Positions 1 through 10,276 of a stretch of DNA of 64,000 nt are shown here, one piece after another. This stretch comes from a virus (lineage: Duplodnaviria; Caudoviricetes), in the IMG/VR virus record IMGVR_UViG_3300021431_000075, positions 224,001-288,000 of that record; one strand, given 5' to 3'. How positions within the stretch are numbered: the stretch's first letter is position 1; each line of letters opens with the position of its first letter. Both the position numbers and the translations under genes were made by a program. Below the pieces are notes generated by a model. That model had not been told where the DNA came from, ran no database searches, and saw only the letters and a program-made list of their open reading frames with translations.

Positions 1-47
1 ATTGCATATATCACATTCGGAAATCTTCCCATCTTCTCTATTGTCGT

Positions 48-2246
48 TTATATGATGCTTACCGGCTTTCCTGAACAGTCCGCAAACGAGTTCGGTCCTA
101 TCCGGACAAGACCGTCGCATGCCGGCGCTATCGGGAAAGTCGTCCATTCATCAAGCAGCCGTTTTCCGTTCACGTCGAACATGTTGTACACGAAGCGGTT
201 GTCCTTGACAGACTGGACAGCAACAACCTCGTCCGGAGAAATCACGTAGTGCTTATGGATGAATGTCGTTCCGCTGCCTCCGAATATCAGGACTCCTGTC
301 TTGCACGCAAGCAAGTCCCAGACATCGGACTTGTCCCCGTCATCGCTCTTGACTTGAACTCCGACAAATCCGCCGTCGATATCTCCGACATATCCGAACC
401 AAGTATCCGAAACAAGATTGCCGTCCGCATCAATCAGATTTTTCTGCTCACGCGAAAAAACCATTGCATAGTTTTCACGGAAAGGATTGATTGACGTAAG
501 TCCCTTGTCGATTTCAACAGGACCTGCACCCCATTTCCATAGAATGGATTCTGAGAAAATTTTCTTGCGGACATCAGCAAAACCGTTTCCGACATAGGTT
601 ATGCTGGCGTATTCCATCTTGTCGCAGCACATCGTTCCGTCCGGACTTATCAGGTTTACAAATCCGTTCAAGAAAGAAAACTCCGGAAAAGTCTGAACCT
701 TATAGTAATCGAAACCGTCAGTTCCGGTATTCTCTTCGACATACTTGAACACGGTTCCGCCAAACAGCGCATCGCAAGTGCCAGTGTCCATGAACACCCA
801 GCCGTCGCCGGTCTGTGCCGCGAACATGCCGCGTTCCGGCCAACCGGCAAGACCGTTGAACCAAGTCTTGCAGACAAGGCTTCCGTCCTCTCTCATGTAG
901 TTGTACTTGTTGCTGGTCGAGCTTTCGGTCTCTGTGAACCTGCATACCTTTGCGAACCCGTTCACCATGACGCCGCAGTCTCCGCGCAGCCAGTCTGTCA
1001 GGAGGATATTTCCGTTTCTGTCAGCATAGTTGTAATAGCGCGTCCGCGCTTCCCTGTCATACTTGCTGATTCTTGCGACAACGCGCTTGCGGTTAGGATC
1101 GAGAGCGCTGGGACCTATGTTCGGAGAATCGAAATCGACAGAGTCATACCAGTCCGAAAGGACAGGCTTTCCGCTCTTGTCAATGAAGTTGTTTACGCAT
1201 TTCTGAAGCTCATCGTCATATCTGGATATCTCGGCAATACCGTCAACAAAGTTCCCGATAAAAACACACCAGTCTTTCAACAGCAGGTTCCCGTCCTTGT
1301 CAATCAGGTTATACTCGGTACCGCCGCTATTTTTCCTTTTTGATATCTGGAAGTATCCTTCCGAGAACTCTGAATAATCTGTATCGAAGTCATACGTCAG
1401 CTTGCTTCCGTCCATCTTCAGGAAATTATATTCCGATATTGCGAACTGTACCAGCAGCAGTCCGTACTTGTTGAACTTTCCGAAACTGGCTCTATACAAG
1501 TCAACATCCCTCTCGAACATGCAATTCCCGTCAGAGTCGAACATGAACATCTTCTCATCGCCGTCCGACAAGCCGAAACTATATGCAACGAATCGACTCC
1601 TTGCGTCATCGACCGCTTCCATGAATCCCATGTTTCTTGCCATCCTGACAAACATTCCCGCAAACTTATTGCATCCGCTATTCGAATTCCAGCCGCGCCG
1701 ACCGCAATGGAACGTCCACCGCCATCCCCTTTCAAAGAATACGCTATATATGGTTTCGCTATCCTGTTTCCAGAAAGCCATTCTCAATCCGCCGTCGCTG
1801 TCCAGCCTGCATCCCACGGCACACTGAAACAAACGCGCTGATATTGTTACAATGGATTCCGCATTCTCGGCAGACTTCGGGATGGTCACATCCACTGACA
1901 AAACCGCGCCCTTGCCGTATATCTGCTTCAGGTTATTCGTATTCCTTACCCTTCTTGCATAGGTATCCAGATTCGGAACATCTTCAGCCTTTCCGCTCTT
2001 CTTGATGAAACTCCACGACTCGACCAGACCCGAAGACTTCAGCCTGCCGAGCGCAGGTTCCATTGCCGTTTTGAAGAATACGTTCTTGACAATAGCGACT
2101 GAATAGTCGCATTTGAAATGGAACATGAACCTGTACACGACACTCTCCTCGACGACGTCATCGTCTGCGACCTCGTCAGCATCGGCATCGTCAAGCAGAC
2201 TCTCGTTCAATGCATATATGCTATCCGGAAATCCTCCCATTGTCAA
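48..2246 (-). CDS. WG (KWG)-repeat-containing protein
   Basis: 732-aa ORF. C-terminal half has repeated WG-type units (FSEGY..., FVDGIAEI...NFIDKSGK, NYADRNGNILL). Acidic N-terminus with LNES. ATAAATA late-type motif at 2275-2281. Confidence 0.65.
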   Translation of the reverse strand: MTMGGFPDSIYALNESLLDDADADEVADDDVVEESVVYRFMFHFKCDYSVAIVKNVFFKTAMEPALGRLKSSGLVESWSFIKKSGKAEDVPNLDTYARRVRNTNNLKQIYGKGAVLSVDVTIPKSAENAESIVTISARLFQCAVGCRLDSDGGLRMAFWKQDSETIYSVFFERGWRWTFHCGRRGWNSNSGCNKFAGMFVRMARNMGFMEAVDDARSRFVAYSFGLSDGDEKMFMFDSDGNCMFERDVDLYRASFGKFNKYGLLLVQFAISEYNFLKMDGSKLTYDFDTDYSEFSEGYFQISKRKNSGGTEYNLIDKDGNLLLKDWCVFIGNFVDGIAEISRYDDELQKCVNNFIDKSGKPVLSDWYDSVDFDSPNIGPSALDPNRKRVVARISKYDREARTRYYNYADRNGNILLTDWLRGDCGVMVNGFAKVCRFTETESSTSNKYNYMREDGSLVCKTWFNGLAGWPERGMFAAQTGDGWVFMDTGTCDALFGGTVFKYVEENTGTDGFDYYKVQTFPEFSFLNGFVNLISPDGTMCCDKMEYASITYVGNGFADVRKKIFSESILWKWGAGPVEIDKGLTSINPFRENYAMVFSREQKNLIDADGNLVSDTWFGYVGDIDGGFVGVQVKSDDGDKSDVWDLLACKTGVLIFGGSGTTFIHKHYVISPDEVVAVQSVKDNRFVYNMFDVNGKRLLDEWTTFPIAPACDGLVRIGPNSFADCSGKPVSII

Positions 2247-2277
2247 GAATATAATTTGTCAAGATATTATAAGATAT

Positions 2278-3096
2278 TTATTTCCCGGAAAGCGTACGGG
2301 CTATCCTGTCCATGCATGTCCGGTAGTAGTCCGCGTCCTTCTCGAATCCGACAAACCTTCTTCCGGTCTCTATGCACGCGACCGCTGTCGTCCCGCTTCC
2401 AATGCAGTTGTCAAGGACCAAGTCTCCCTCGTTCGTGAACGTCTTGACCAGTTCCTTGACCAAGTCAAACGGCTTCTGCGTCGGATGCAGGTTGCTTGTC
2501 AGGATATCCCTCTTGAACCTCCAGACCTGCGTGGGGTACCGCTTGCCGGTGTCCTTGTACTCGAACGGCTTCTTGGTTCCGTTGTCTGTCAACACCCCAA
2601 GTCTGCCGCTGCCAATCTTGTTGGTTCTCTTCGGACCTGTGTATTCAATCATCTGCGGATTGTACGTGCATTGCTTCCTGTAAAATACGGATATGCACTC
2701 GACATCCTTTCCGACCCTGCGCTTGACCTGCTGAATATTCGTGAGTCTTTCCTTCTGCCAGTATATGTCATACTTGTAGTCGCTGATGTTACTGACTCTC
2801 AGATAAGACGAGAACGGTTCCTGCCCGAACAATAGCACGGCTCCGTTCTCATTGACTATCCTGCGGTAGCAACTCCATAGCCTGTCAAACGGAATCACGG
2901 TATCCCACGGACAAGCGGTCGTCCCGTATGGCAAGTCGCAAATGACGCAGTCCACGGAACCGTCCGGAATGAACTCCATCCCGTCCAGACAATCGCAGTT
3001 GTACACAGAATCCGGATCAACCACTCCGGTCTCTTTAAGATAATCCAAGTCCTTGACCGGACAGCAGCATTCATTATTGTCTATAGTGCCGTTCAT
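2278..3096 (-). CDS. Site-specific DNA methyltransferase (N6-adenine/N4-cytosine, beta class)
   Basis: DLPY catalytic motif, LHPTQKP, and DNCIGSGTT SAM-binding motif in beta order. Confidence 0.9.
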   Translation of the reverse strand: MNGTIDNNECCCPVKDLDYLKETGVVDPDSVYNCDCLDGMEFIPDGSVDCVICDLPYGTTACPWDTVIPFDRLWSCYRRIVNENGAVLLFGQEPFSSYLRVSNISDYKYDIYWQKERLTNIQQVKRRVGKDVECISVFYRKQCTYNPQMIEYTGPKRTNKIGSGRLGVLTDNGTKKPFEYKDTGKRYPTQVWRFKRDILTSNLHPTQKPFDLVKELVKTFTNEGDLVLDNCIGSGTTAVACIETGRRFVGFEKDADYYRTCMDRIARTLSGK

Positions 3097-3332
3097 TGCT
3101 CCGGAAGAAAGGAAGCCGTATCATAGATGAACTCGAACTTGCACTCCTCGAACGGCTTTCCGCTTTTCTCATGGAATTCCTTCATTTCATTATACGCTGT
3201 CTTGAAATCCTCAACGGCATCTTCCGGCGTGTTCCCGGTTCCTGTGATCAGATATCCTGTCGCGTTCGGATCCATATACACGCTGAACGTTCCGTCAGAC
3301 GCGCGCTCGACTATCGCATTCACTATTCTCAT
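3093..3332 (-). CDS. HicB-like antitoxin domain protein (orphan)
   Basis: 79 aa with the pattern IVERASDGTFSVY...TGTGNTPEDAVEDF typical of the HicB N-terminal domain. No HicA-like ORF adjacent. Confidence 0.65.
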   Translation of the reverse strand: MRIVNAIVERASDGTFSVYMDPNATGYLITGTGNTPEDAVEDFKTAYNEMKEFHEKSGKPFEECKFEFIYDTASFLPEQ

Positions 3333-3366
3333 AATCCTTATATAAAACTTAAACTTATTTATATCT

Positions 3367-4629
3367 TCAAATCAGCGGTTCGCATCTGTCCGGAAACTGC
3401 TCCCTGAAAGAGAATCTCCGCACGATGTCCTCATCACCCAGCATGAACCTTGCAAAGAGCTCGGCAACTGATACGTTGATGCTGTTGCCGAACTGCCTGT
3501 ACGCGACAGCGTCGCTGCCGTTCATGATGAAGGAATCCGGAAACGACTGTATCCTTGCGCACTCCCTCGGCGTCATGAAGCGCCGTCTCCATCCGATGAT
3601 GCTTGTCTGCGTTATGGCGACCAGAGCCGGGAAGTAAGTCGGCGGCTTCACCCTCAGTCCGCTCGGCCTGAACTGCATGATGTTGTTCCATATATCGCTA
3701 TCCGAATCTATCACGCCAGCCTGCCACTCCAGCTTCGCCTTGGCTCCGAAGAACTTCGGACACTTCCTCGACTCTGCAAGCCATCTGTCGATGAACTTCC
3801 GGTTCCTTGCGTACAGTTCCGCATTTTTTGCAGTGATGTTCCGCTTCCAGACCGGCATCGCTTCCAGCTCGCTGTTGTCAAACTTCCGGAATGCTTCAGT
3901 CCAGACCGGAAAAGACAGGTTCTCTGTCGTTCCGAGTTCCCTTATGAACATGTTCCAGTCGTCTATCAGTTCGACTAAGGAATCCTTTAGTCTGTACCTG
4001 TCTATATTCACTATCTCGCTGTCGGCATGCAATACGGACTCTACACTGCATTCAGGAATGTTCTCCGGATTGAAGCAGAAATCCGGCACTTTGCCAAGGT
4101 CGTTCCTCCTGCACACGATGAACACCCTTTCCCTGTGCTGCGGGATTCCAAGATAATGCGGACTGAATATGACAGGCTCCCTGCCGAGCGAGTACCCGAG
4201 TCCGGTCAATGTCTCGTATATGACCCTCCATGTGTTTCCGCGGTCGTGCGACGCAAGGTTCCTCACGTTCTCAAGGATGACGAACCTCGGCTTGTGCCGC
4301 TTTATGATCCTGCACACGTCGAAGAAAAGGGTTCCCTTGGTCTCGTCCGCGAAGCCGAGCCTCTTTCCGGCCTTGGAGAACGCTTGGCACGGAAAGCCCG
4401 CGCACAGCACGTCATGCTCCGGGATGTCGTTCTCGTCAACGGCGGTTATGTCAGCGGCAGGCTCGATTCTGTAGTTCTCCGCATAAGTCTTCCTGCACTG
4501 CGGGTCTATGTCGCACGCGAACACGCACTCTCCGCCGAGCCGCGTCATCGCCTGATGGAACGCGCCGACTCCGCAGAACAGGTCTATGAACCTAAAGTCT
4601 CCATTCATCTGTTGTCGTCGATTAAGCAA
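3367..4629 (-). CDS. DNA (cytosine-5)-methyltransferase
   Basis: DLFCGVG (motif I), GFPCQ (IV), ENV (VI), QHRER (VIII), RECARIQSFP and QFGNS (IX-X). Confidence 0.95.
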   Translation of the reverse strand: MLNRRQQMNGDFRFIDLFCGVGAFHQAMTRLGGECVFACDIDPQCRKTYAENYRIEPAADITAVDENDIPEHDVLCAGFPCQAFSKAGKRLGFADETKGTLFFDVCRIIKRHKPRFVILENVRNLASHDRGNTWRVIYETLTGLGYSLGREPVIFSPHYLGIPQHRERVFIVCRRNDLGKVPDFCFNPENIPECSVESVLHADSEIVNIDRYRLKDSLVELIDDWNMFIRELGTTENLSFPVWTEAFRKFDNSELEAMPVWKRNITAKNAELYARNRKFIDRWLAESRKCPKFFGAKAKLEWQAGVIDSDSDIWNNIMQFRPSGLRVKPPTYFPALVAITQTSIIGWRRRFMTPRECARIQSFPDSFIMNGSDAVAYRQFGNSINVSVAELFARFMLGDEDIVRRFSFREQFPDRCEPLI

Positions 4630-4662
4630 AAAGAAGTTTCAATTTTTCCTGTCAAGACCGAG

Positions 4663-5610
4663 TCAGACGTTAGACGGGTCCATATATTTACAGAGCGTCC
4701 AGTTAGACGGGTCCTTATATGCGCAGAGCGTCCTGAAGTACTCCGGCCTGTGCATTCCGAGCTTTCCGGACACGTACCGGTAAACCATGGTTCCGAGCAT
4801 GTCGCTGATTTCGTCATGCGAAGTCCATGCCGCCTTGTTGCCGGGACCTATCAGCAGGTACCGTATGGAGCCGTTCCTGTACTGTAGAAGGTATACGCAG
4901 AAGTCCCCTGTACCGGTATCTTCCGTCCACCTGTACTCGAACTTGCCGCACGTGACGAGACCGTCCGTCGGCATGAACGTCTCAACCTGCTGCCTCGACG
5001 GCTTCGCGATTCTGCAAGTCAGCTTCCATCCGTATTTCCGTATGTCAAGCAGGCAGTTCCTGTAGAGCCTGTCCATGATTTCGACAAGGTCGCTCTCCCT
5101 TCCGGGTATCTCCGAGCGCTTGACATACTTGCTCGTCACCATGTAGTAGTCATGGTCCTTGTCGAACGGACAGTTATAGTCAGCGAACAAGTACGGGATG
5201 TACATGTTCTCAAGGACGCCTCCATATGCGTACATCTGCACGTCCGAGTACATGTTGGAGTCCCCCGATGTGCTGAAGTGCAGGCAGGTCCTGTTGTCGA
5301 GCTCGTTCATGCAGTCAACCAGAGCCTCGAACTTGTCAGTACGGAAGTCGAAACTGTAGTCCCGCTCCCCGTCCTCCGTGTAGAAGTCGTCCTCCTCCTT
5401 GAAGAGAACAATCTTCATCCAGTCCTCGTCTCCGCTTGTCTGGTACCTCTTTGTCCGGTACCTCTTGGCGAACTGGCTGGTCATGAACACGCTCACGCCG
5501 AACTTGCGGCATATCCTCCTGACCCTGCGCAGCTCGTCATCGGGGACGCTGTCCCTCGTCATGTTCTCGACCCTGAACCGGTTCGACGGAACCGTGTCAA
5601 ACTCCTTCAT
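4663..5610 (-). CDS. Hypothetical protein, tandem paralog family copy 1
   Basis: Shares CRKFGV, DCMNELDNRT, CRIAKP and DFCVYLLQY motifs with five neighbours. Confidence 0.8.
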   Translation of the reverse strand: MKEFDTVPSNRFRVENMTRDSVPDDELRRVRRICRKFGVSVFMTSQFAKRYRTKRYQTSGDEDWMKIVLFKEEDDFYTEDGERDYSFDFRTDKFEALVDCMNELDNRTCLHFSTSGDSNMYSDVQMYAYGGVLENMYIPYLFADYNCPFDKDHDYYMVTSKYVKRSEIPGRESDLVEIMDRLYRNCLLDIRKYGWKLTCRIAKPSRQQVETFMPTDGLVTCGKFEYRWTEDTGTGDFCVYLLQYRNGSIRYLLIGPGNKAAWTSHDEISDMLGTMVYRYVSGKLGMHRPEYFRTLCAYKDPSNWTLCKYMDPSNV

Positions 5611-5628
5611 TGCTATCTTCTATTCCGT

Positions 5629-6606
5629 TTATTCATTTATCTGCCGATTTGCCGCATGCATCCCTATGCGTTCCTCGACATTCTTCCTGACTTCATCAGG
5701 ACCGTACATGGCAAGCTCGCCTTCCAAGCGCAGGTTCAGCATCTGAACCGCGTACAAGCCTTTCTTGCAGTGACCGCGTCCTGATTTGTCAACCAGCAGA
5801 TTGAACACGGTGCCGGAAGAATACTGGAACACGTATATGCAGAAGTCCCAGGTCCCGGCTCCGGGACCGCATATGAAGTCAATCCTCCGGCAGAACGCGA
5901 TTCCGCCGAGTGGAGCGAACCGGGACAAGAGATGCATATCCGGCTTCGCCAGCCTGCATGCGATGCCGGTAGGACCCGAGCATATCTTCCCGACAACCAC
6001 CGCGTATGTCTCGTCGAACCTGCTTGCAAGATAGCGCTTATCCACAAGACTTGCCTTGACGTTCCTGCACCTCGCCATGACATAGTTGTCGCACTCGCTG
6101 CTGAACGGGCAGTTTCCGTACTCGCTGCGGACAACCCTCCTTCCGGGTCCGCCGCCCACGATGCCGAGCAGATCGTCGTAGGAAACCCATCCTAACCTCT
6201 CATAGTACAGCATCACGTTGCCGCCGCCCCAGTCCTCGGTTTTCGTCTCGAAGCGCAGGCTCGTCCTGCAGTCGATTTCGTGGATGCAGTCCGCAAGCTC
6301 GTCAACCCCGTCCCTTCCGTCAGGAACCGTGCCCAGCACGTCCGCGGAAAAGTCCGCAAGCTCGGTAAAGAATACGATCTCGAACTCGTCGCTTCTGTCA
6401 TATGTCTCGGCATACTCCGCGACCATCACGAAGTTGACGCCGTGCCTGCGGCAAGTTTTCCTGACAACGTCCCATTCCCTCTCGGGGATGTCGCCGCGCA
6501 TCCTTTGCCCGTACGAGGTCGTCTTATCCGCAGACGGAACTATGTCATAGTCAATCTTGAATTCCATCAGCATATGTCCATATAGTTTTCTATCCTTGAC
6601 CTGCAC
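5629..6606 (-). CDS. Hypothetical protein, tandem paralog family copy 2 (true start probably ~6573)
   Basis: CRRHGV, DCIHEIDCRT, CRLAKP, DFCIYVFQY. Confidence 0.8.
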   Translation of the reverse strand: MQVKDRKLYGHMLMEFKIDYDIVPSADKTTSYGQRMRGDIPEREWDVVRKTCRRHGVNFVMVAEYAETYDRSDEFEIVFFTELADFSADVLGTVPDGRDGVDELADCIHEIDCRTSLRFETKTEDWGGGNVMLYYERLGWVSYDDLLGIVGGGPGRRVVRSEYGNCPFSSECDNYVMARCRNVKASLVDKRYLASRFDETYAVVVGKICSGPTGIACRLAKPDMHLLSRFAPLGGIAFCRRIDFICGPGAGTWDFCIYVFQYSSGTVFNLLVDKSGRGHCKKGLYAVQMLNLRLEGELAMYGPDEVRKNVEERIGMHAANRQINE

Positions 6607-7481
6607 TCGTCCGGACCCGTCATTCCCTCAATGCAGAAGCTTCCGCCAGACATGTAGTCGCCAAACAGCATGGAGACTGTCAGGTTCGTGATGTCCATAT
6701 CTTCCCCGAACATGTTCACTCCGCACTTACCGTCGCTTCCGATAAGCACGACCGCCTTGTCCCCGCATCCGTACTGAAGCATGTAGACGCAGAAGTCCGC
6801 GACTTTCGATTCTGGACCGCAGATGAAGTCTATCTTCCTGCAGAACGTGATTCCGTCCACCGGCGCGCACTTGGAAATCTGGATTCTCGACGGCTTCGCG
6901 ATTCTGCATACGATGTCATATCCCTTGACGCGTATCGTCCTGATACACTTCCCGTATATCCTTGCGAACTCGTCTTCCATGATACTGCCTGCGCTCACCG
7001 CCGTCTTGAAGCGCGTGCAAAAAGCAACCATGTACTGGTACTGCCTGTCCATTGGACAGTTTCCCAGCTCTGACAAAACCACGCTGCTCTCGTCAAGCTC
7101 CGCAAGCACGTCGTCATATGTTGCGAACTCGATGCAACCGTATACCTTTCTGGCGGCATCCTGCAATCTGTCCATGCGTGCGTTTTCTGTCTTGAAGAAC
7201 AGGCTTGTCCTGCAGTCGATGTCGTTGACAAGCCCGGCAATGTCCGCTATGCTTCTCTTCGGATACGAATCGCCGCGGTACACGCAAATCAGCACAATCT
7301 TGTACAGGCATCTGGACGTGCCTGTCTTGCAAACCGCATAGTTCGCCCCGTGCATGCGGCACAGCCTCTTGACTGCAAGCATGTCTCTCTCGCACGGTTC
7401 CCTGTCAATCAGGCTACCGTGCAGGGACCTGTCCGCGGACGGCATTGTATATCTACGATAAGTAGAAATTATGTCAGTCAT
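6567..7481 (-). CDS. Hypothetical protein, tandem paralog family copy 3
   Basis: CRMHGA, VNDIDCRT, CRIAKP, DFCVYMLQY. Confidence 0.8.
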   Translation of the reverse strand: MTDIISTYRRYTMPSADRSLHGSLIDREPCERDMLAVKRLCRMHGANYAVCKTGTSRCLYKIVLICVYRGDSYPKRSIADIAGLVNDIDCRTSLFFKTENARMDRLQDAARKVYGCIEFATYDDVLAELDESSVVLSELGNCPMDRQYQYMVAFCTRFKTAVSAGSIMEDEFARIYGKCIRTIRVKGYDIVCRIAKPSRIQISKCAPVDGITFCRKIDFICGPESKVADFCVYMLQYGCGDKAVVLIGSDGKCGVNMFGEDMDITNLTVSMLFGDYMSGGSFCIEGMTGPDECRSRIENYMDIC

Positions 7482-7496
7482 AAAAAGATTATGTCA

Positions 7497-8474
7497 TTAA
7501 AAGATTATAGAACGCTCTCTGTCAAGAATTTCCGCTGCCAGTTCGGCGCATATTCCGTGAGGATTACGGAAATCGACATCGCCGAGCATGCACTTGTCAA
7601 CAAGGTCCGCGACAACGTCCCCTGCCGTGTCCGGATATGTTCCGCAAGGCTCGATGTGAACCGTTCCGTCAGCACGGACAAGGACCGCAAGCTTAACGCC
7701 GTCCGCGTACCGGACAACCGCCAGGGAGAAGTCGGGAACGTTCCTGCAATGCGTGAACTCGAACATGCACGCGCCGCCGATGCCATCCAGAGGAACATGC
7801 ATCCTTAGCCATTCAATCGTGCACCTGCGGATTCTGCAAACCGCATGACAGTTCCTCGCAACCGTGACAAGCCTTCCGTACAGTTCCGCTATATCGCTAC
7901 CGATGCCGGCATTGACCGGTTCCGTCCCGCGCTCGACAGGCTTCATTTGGTCGCATTCCACAGCCATGAAAACTTTTTCATTCCGGCATAGCTCGACAAA
8001 CGACTCCTTGCCAGCATCATCTCCATCAAATTCGGAGAATATGACCGGTTCGTGCATGAACAACTGCAGATTGGTTCTCGTCGTGAGCGACGGGTCCATA
8101 TACGACTCACGGTTTCTCGTCTCGCGGGCGAACATCAGTCCGGTGCGCAGGTCCAGCTCGTGAATGCAGTCCATCAGCCTTATGTAACGCTCGTCGCTGT
8201 CCTTGTCCATGACACCATCTGCGCTTACAAAGAACAAGAAGTGGAACCTGCTGTCAGCATCCCCGGTGCCATGCTCGGCAGTATCAAACTCCTTGCACAT
8301 CAGGAAATGAACGCCATGCTTCCGGCATGTCTTCCTGACTATGGCGGCATCCCGAGACGAGACGCTGTTCATGTATATCGGTCTCCCGCTCCCGATCCGC
8401 CACTTCGACGCTATGATGTCATACTCTCTCATCCGCGTACAGAACCATCTTTTTCCTCTCGTTGTCCATGACAA
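7497..8474 (-). CDS. Hypothetical protein, tandem paralog family copy 4 (true start probably 8432)
   Basis: CRKHGV, DCIHELDLRT, CRI, DFSLAVVRY. Confidence 0.8.
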   Translation of the reverse strand: MSWTTRGKRWFCTRMREYDIIASKWRIGSGRPIYMNSVSSRDAAIVRKTCRKHGVHFLMCKEFDTAEHGTGDADSRFHFLFFVSADGVMDKDSDERYIRLMDCIHELDLRTGLMFARETRNRESYMDPSLTTRTNLQLFMHEPVIFSEFDGDDAGKESFVELCRNEKVFMAVECDQMKPVERGTEPVNAGIGSDIAELYGRLVTVARNCHAVCRIRRCTIEWLRMHVPLDGIGGACMFEFTHCRNVPDFSLAVVRYADGVKLAVLVRADGTVHIEPCGTYPDTAGDVVADLVDKCMLGDVDFRNPHGICAELAAEILDRERSIIF

Positions 8475-9351
8475 CCTTTGCTACCTGCTCCCTCTCCTCG
8501 TCACCGAACGGAATGACGGCAAGCTCTCCGGACATGTACCTCTCCACAAGCATCGTCACGAAGTCGAACATGTATATGCTGCATCCCCTGACATCGGCGC
8601 ATCCGTCTGAACGGACAACCGCGACAAGCATGCTGCCGTCCGCGTACTGGACAACCGCAAGCGAGAAGTCGTCCACGTCCGCGCATCCGCTGAACCCGAA
8701 CCTGAACGCCCTGACGACTCCCTCGGCAGGAACATACCTCCGCAGCCATCCGGGCTGGCACCTGAGGATTCTGCATTCCGCGCGGAATTTCCTCGCGACC
8801 TCGACAAGCCTTCCGTACAGCTCGCCGACGGCGCTGCCGAGATTGATGATCCTGTGCTTTTCCGGCTTGTCACCCGGCTTCATGGCATCGCACGTGACGA
8901 CAAGGTACCTTCTCGACGCGTCATAGAAGCCTTCCGCCTTCAGCGCGTCTTCGGTCATGACCGAACCGCCTGCAAGACAGCAGACGACCGGCTTGAGCGT
9001 GCATGTCTCCAGAAGGAACCCGCTCTGATATTCCGGCTCCTCGTACATGCTGCCGGTCAGATGCGAGACCTCGAACAGCAGCCCTGTGCGCAGGTCCAGC
9101 TCGTGGATGCAGTCCATCAGCCGGTCCGCCTGCTCGTTGCTATCCGTGCCCGGACCGGTCCTGACGAAAAACCTGAACCTGAACCTGTCCATTTCCGCAT
9201 TCCCGGTACCCTTGCTGCTGAATATGAAATCAACCCCGTGCTTCCGGCAGACCTTCACCACGGTATCCATCTCCGCTTCCGTGACGCTGTCCGCGTGGAT
9301 GTCCCGTCCTGCAAAGTCCGTCCGGGACGCTATGATGTCAAACATTCTCAT
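8419..9351 (-). CDS. Hypothetical protein, tandem paralog family copy 5
   Basis: CRKHGV, DCIHELDLRT, CRI, DFSLAVVQY. Closest to copy 4. Confidence 0.8.
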   Translation of the reverse strand: MRMFDIIASRTDFAGRDIHADSVTEAEMDTVVKVCRKHGVDFIFSSKGTGNAEMDRFRFRFFVRTGPGTDSNEQADRLMDCIHELDLRTGLLFEVSHLTGSMYEEPEYQSGFLLETCTLKPVVCCLAGGSVMTEDALKAEGFYDASRRYLVVTCDAMKPGDKPEKHRIINLGSAVGELYGRLVEVARKFRAECRILRCQPGWLRRYVPAEGVVRAFRFGFSGCADVDDFSLAVVQYADGSMLVAVVRSDGCADVRGCSIYMFDFVTMLVERYMSGELAVIPFGDEEREQVAKVVMDNERKKMVLYADERV

Positions 9352-9367
9352 AACCGTACAATATTCA

Positions 9368-10249
9368 TCATGGTTTCTTTGTCCGCGGCTCCCTCAGCAG
9401 TCCGTCAACCGCGTGGGTGATGTACATCCGGATCAGGTACGTCAGCACGTTTTCACTGAAGTTCTTCGAATCGATGGAATATCCGAGACCGTCCCTGGTC
9501 ACAAGAAGGTACGTGAACTGTCCATCACTCTTCTGGACGACATACAGCGAGCAGTTGTCGCGGAGCGGAACCTTTCCGAACCTTATCCGGACCTTGCACG
9601 CTGACACGACATCCCCGGCATCCACGAATCCGCCGAGCTCCCCGGCGTCAACCCTCGCGCCGGACGCAACGGTGTCGTATCCGTTTGCGAAGAACCACCG
9701 GGACAGCCTCTCCAACACTCCGCCGGTTCCGGATGCAAGAATGTCATTGTCTGTTCTCGGAACCATCCAGTACTTGCTCTCGACATATATGTACAAATAT
9801 CTGCAGTTGAACGGACCGTTCATGAACTCTCTGACCGGATAGCGGATATAGTCCTTCAGCGTCCTGTATGACACGGTGAACGGCTCCACGTACCTGTTTC
9901 CGCCAGAAGCCTCCACGCACGGAAAGTTCAGCGGAGTCCTGTTGTCAAGCTCGTTGACAAGGTCTGTCAGCCGCTTGGACTCGTCATCCGAATCCGCAGG
10001 CGCATCCGCGGGCGCGTCCGGATCCAGGTTCAGGAAGAACACGTACGAGAACACTGTTCCGGATTCGTCGAGCCTGTTCAGGATGCAGTTCACGCCGTGC
10101 TTTCTGCAGCACCTGCCGACAAGGGCGTTGAACGGCTCGCTCGACGCGATTTCCCTGCCGATCCGCCTTGTCTCGAAAGCGGTCTCGCCGTTCCTCCACG
10201 ACGACGGGACAGACTCGTACTCTATTCGTGATGCGATAGCCATTAGCAA
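9368..10249 (-). CDS. Hypothetical protein, tandem paralog family copy 6 (most divergent)
   Basis: CRKHGV, VNELDNRT, CSLYVVQ. ATAAATA motif at 10274-10280 upstream. Confidence 0.75.
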   Translation of the reverse strand: MLMAIASRIEYESVPSSWRNGETAFETRRIGREIASSEPFNALVGRCCRKHGVNCILNRLDESGTVFSYVFFLNLDPDAPADAPADSDDESKRLTDLVNELDNRTPLNFPCVEASGGNRYVEPFTVSYRTLKDYIRYPVREFMNGPFNCRYLYIYVESKYWMVPRTDNDILASGTGGVLERLSRWFFANGYDTVASGARVDAGELGGFVDAGDVVSACKVRIRFGKVPLRDNCSLYVVQKSDGQFTYLLVTRDGLGYSIDSKNFSENVLTYLIRMYITHAVDGLLREPRTKKP

Positions 10250-10276
10250 AGTTTTCCGTTTATGCCTATAAGATAT

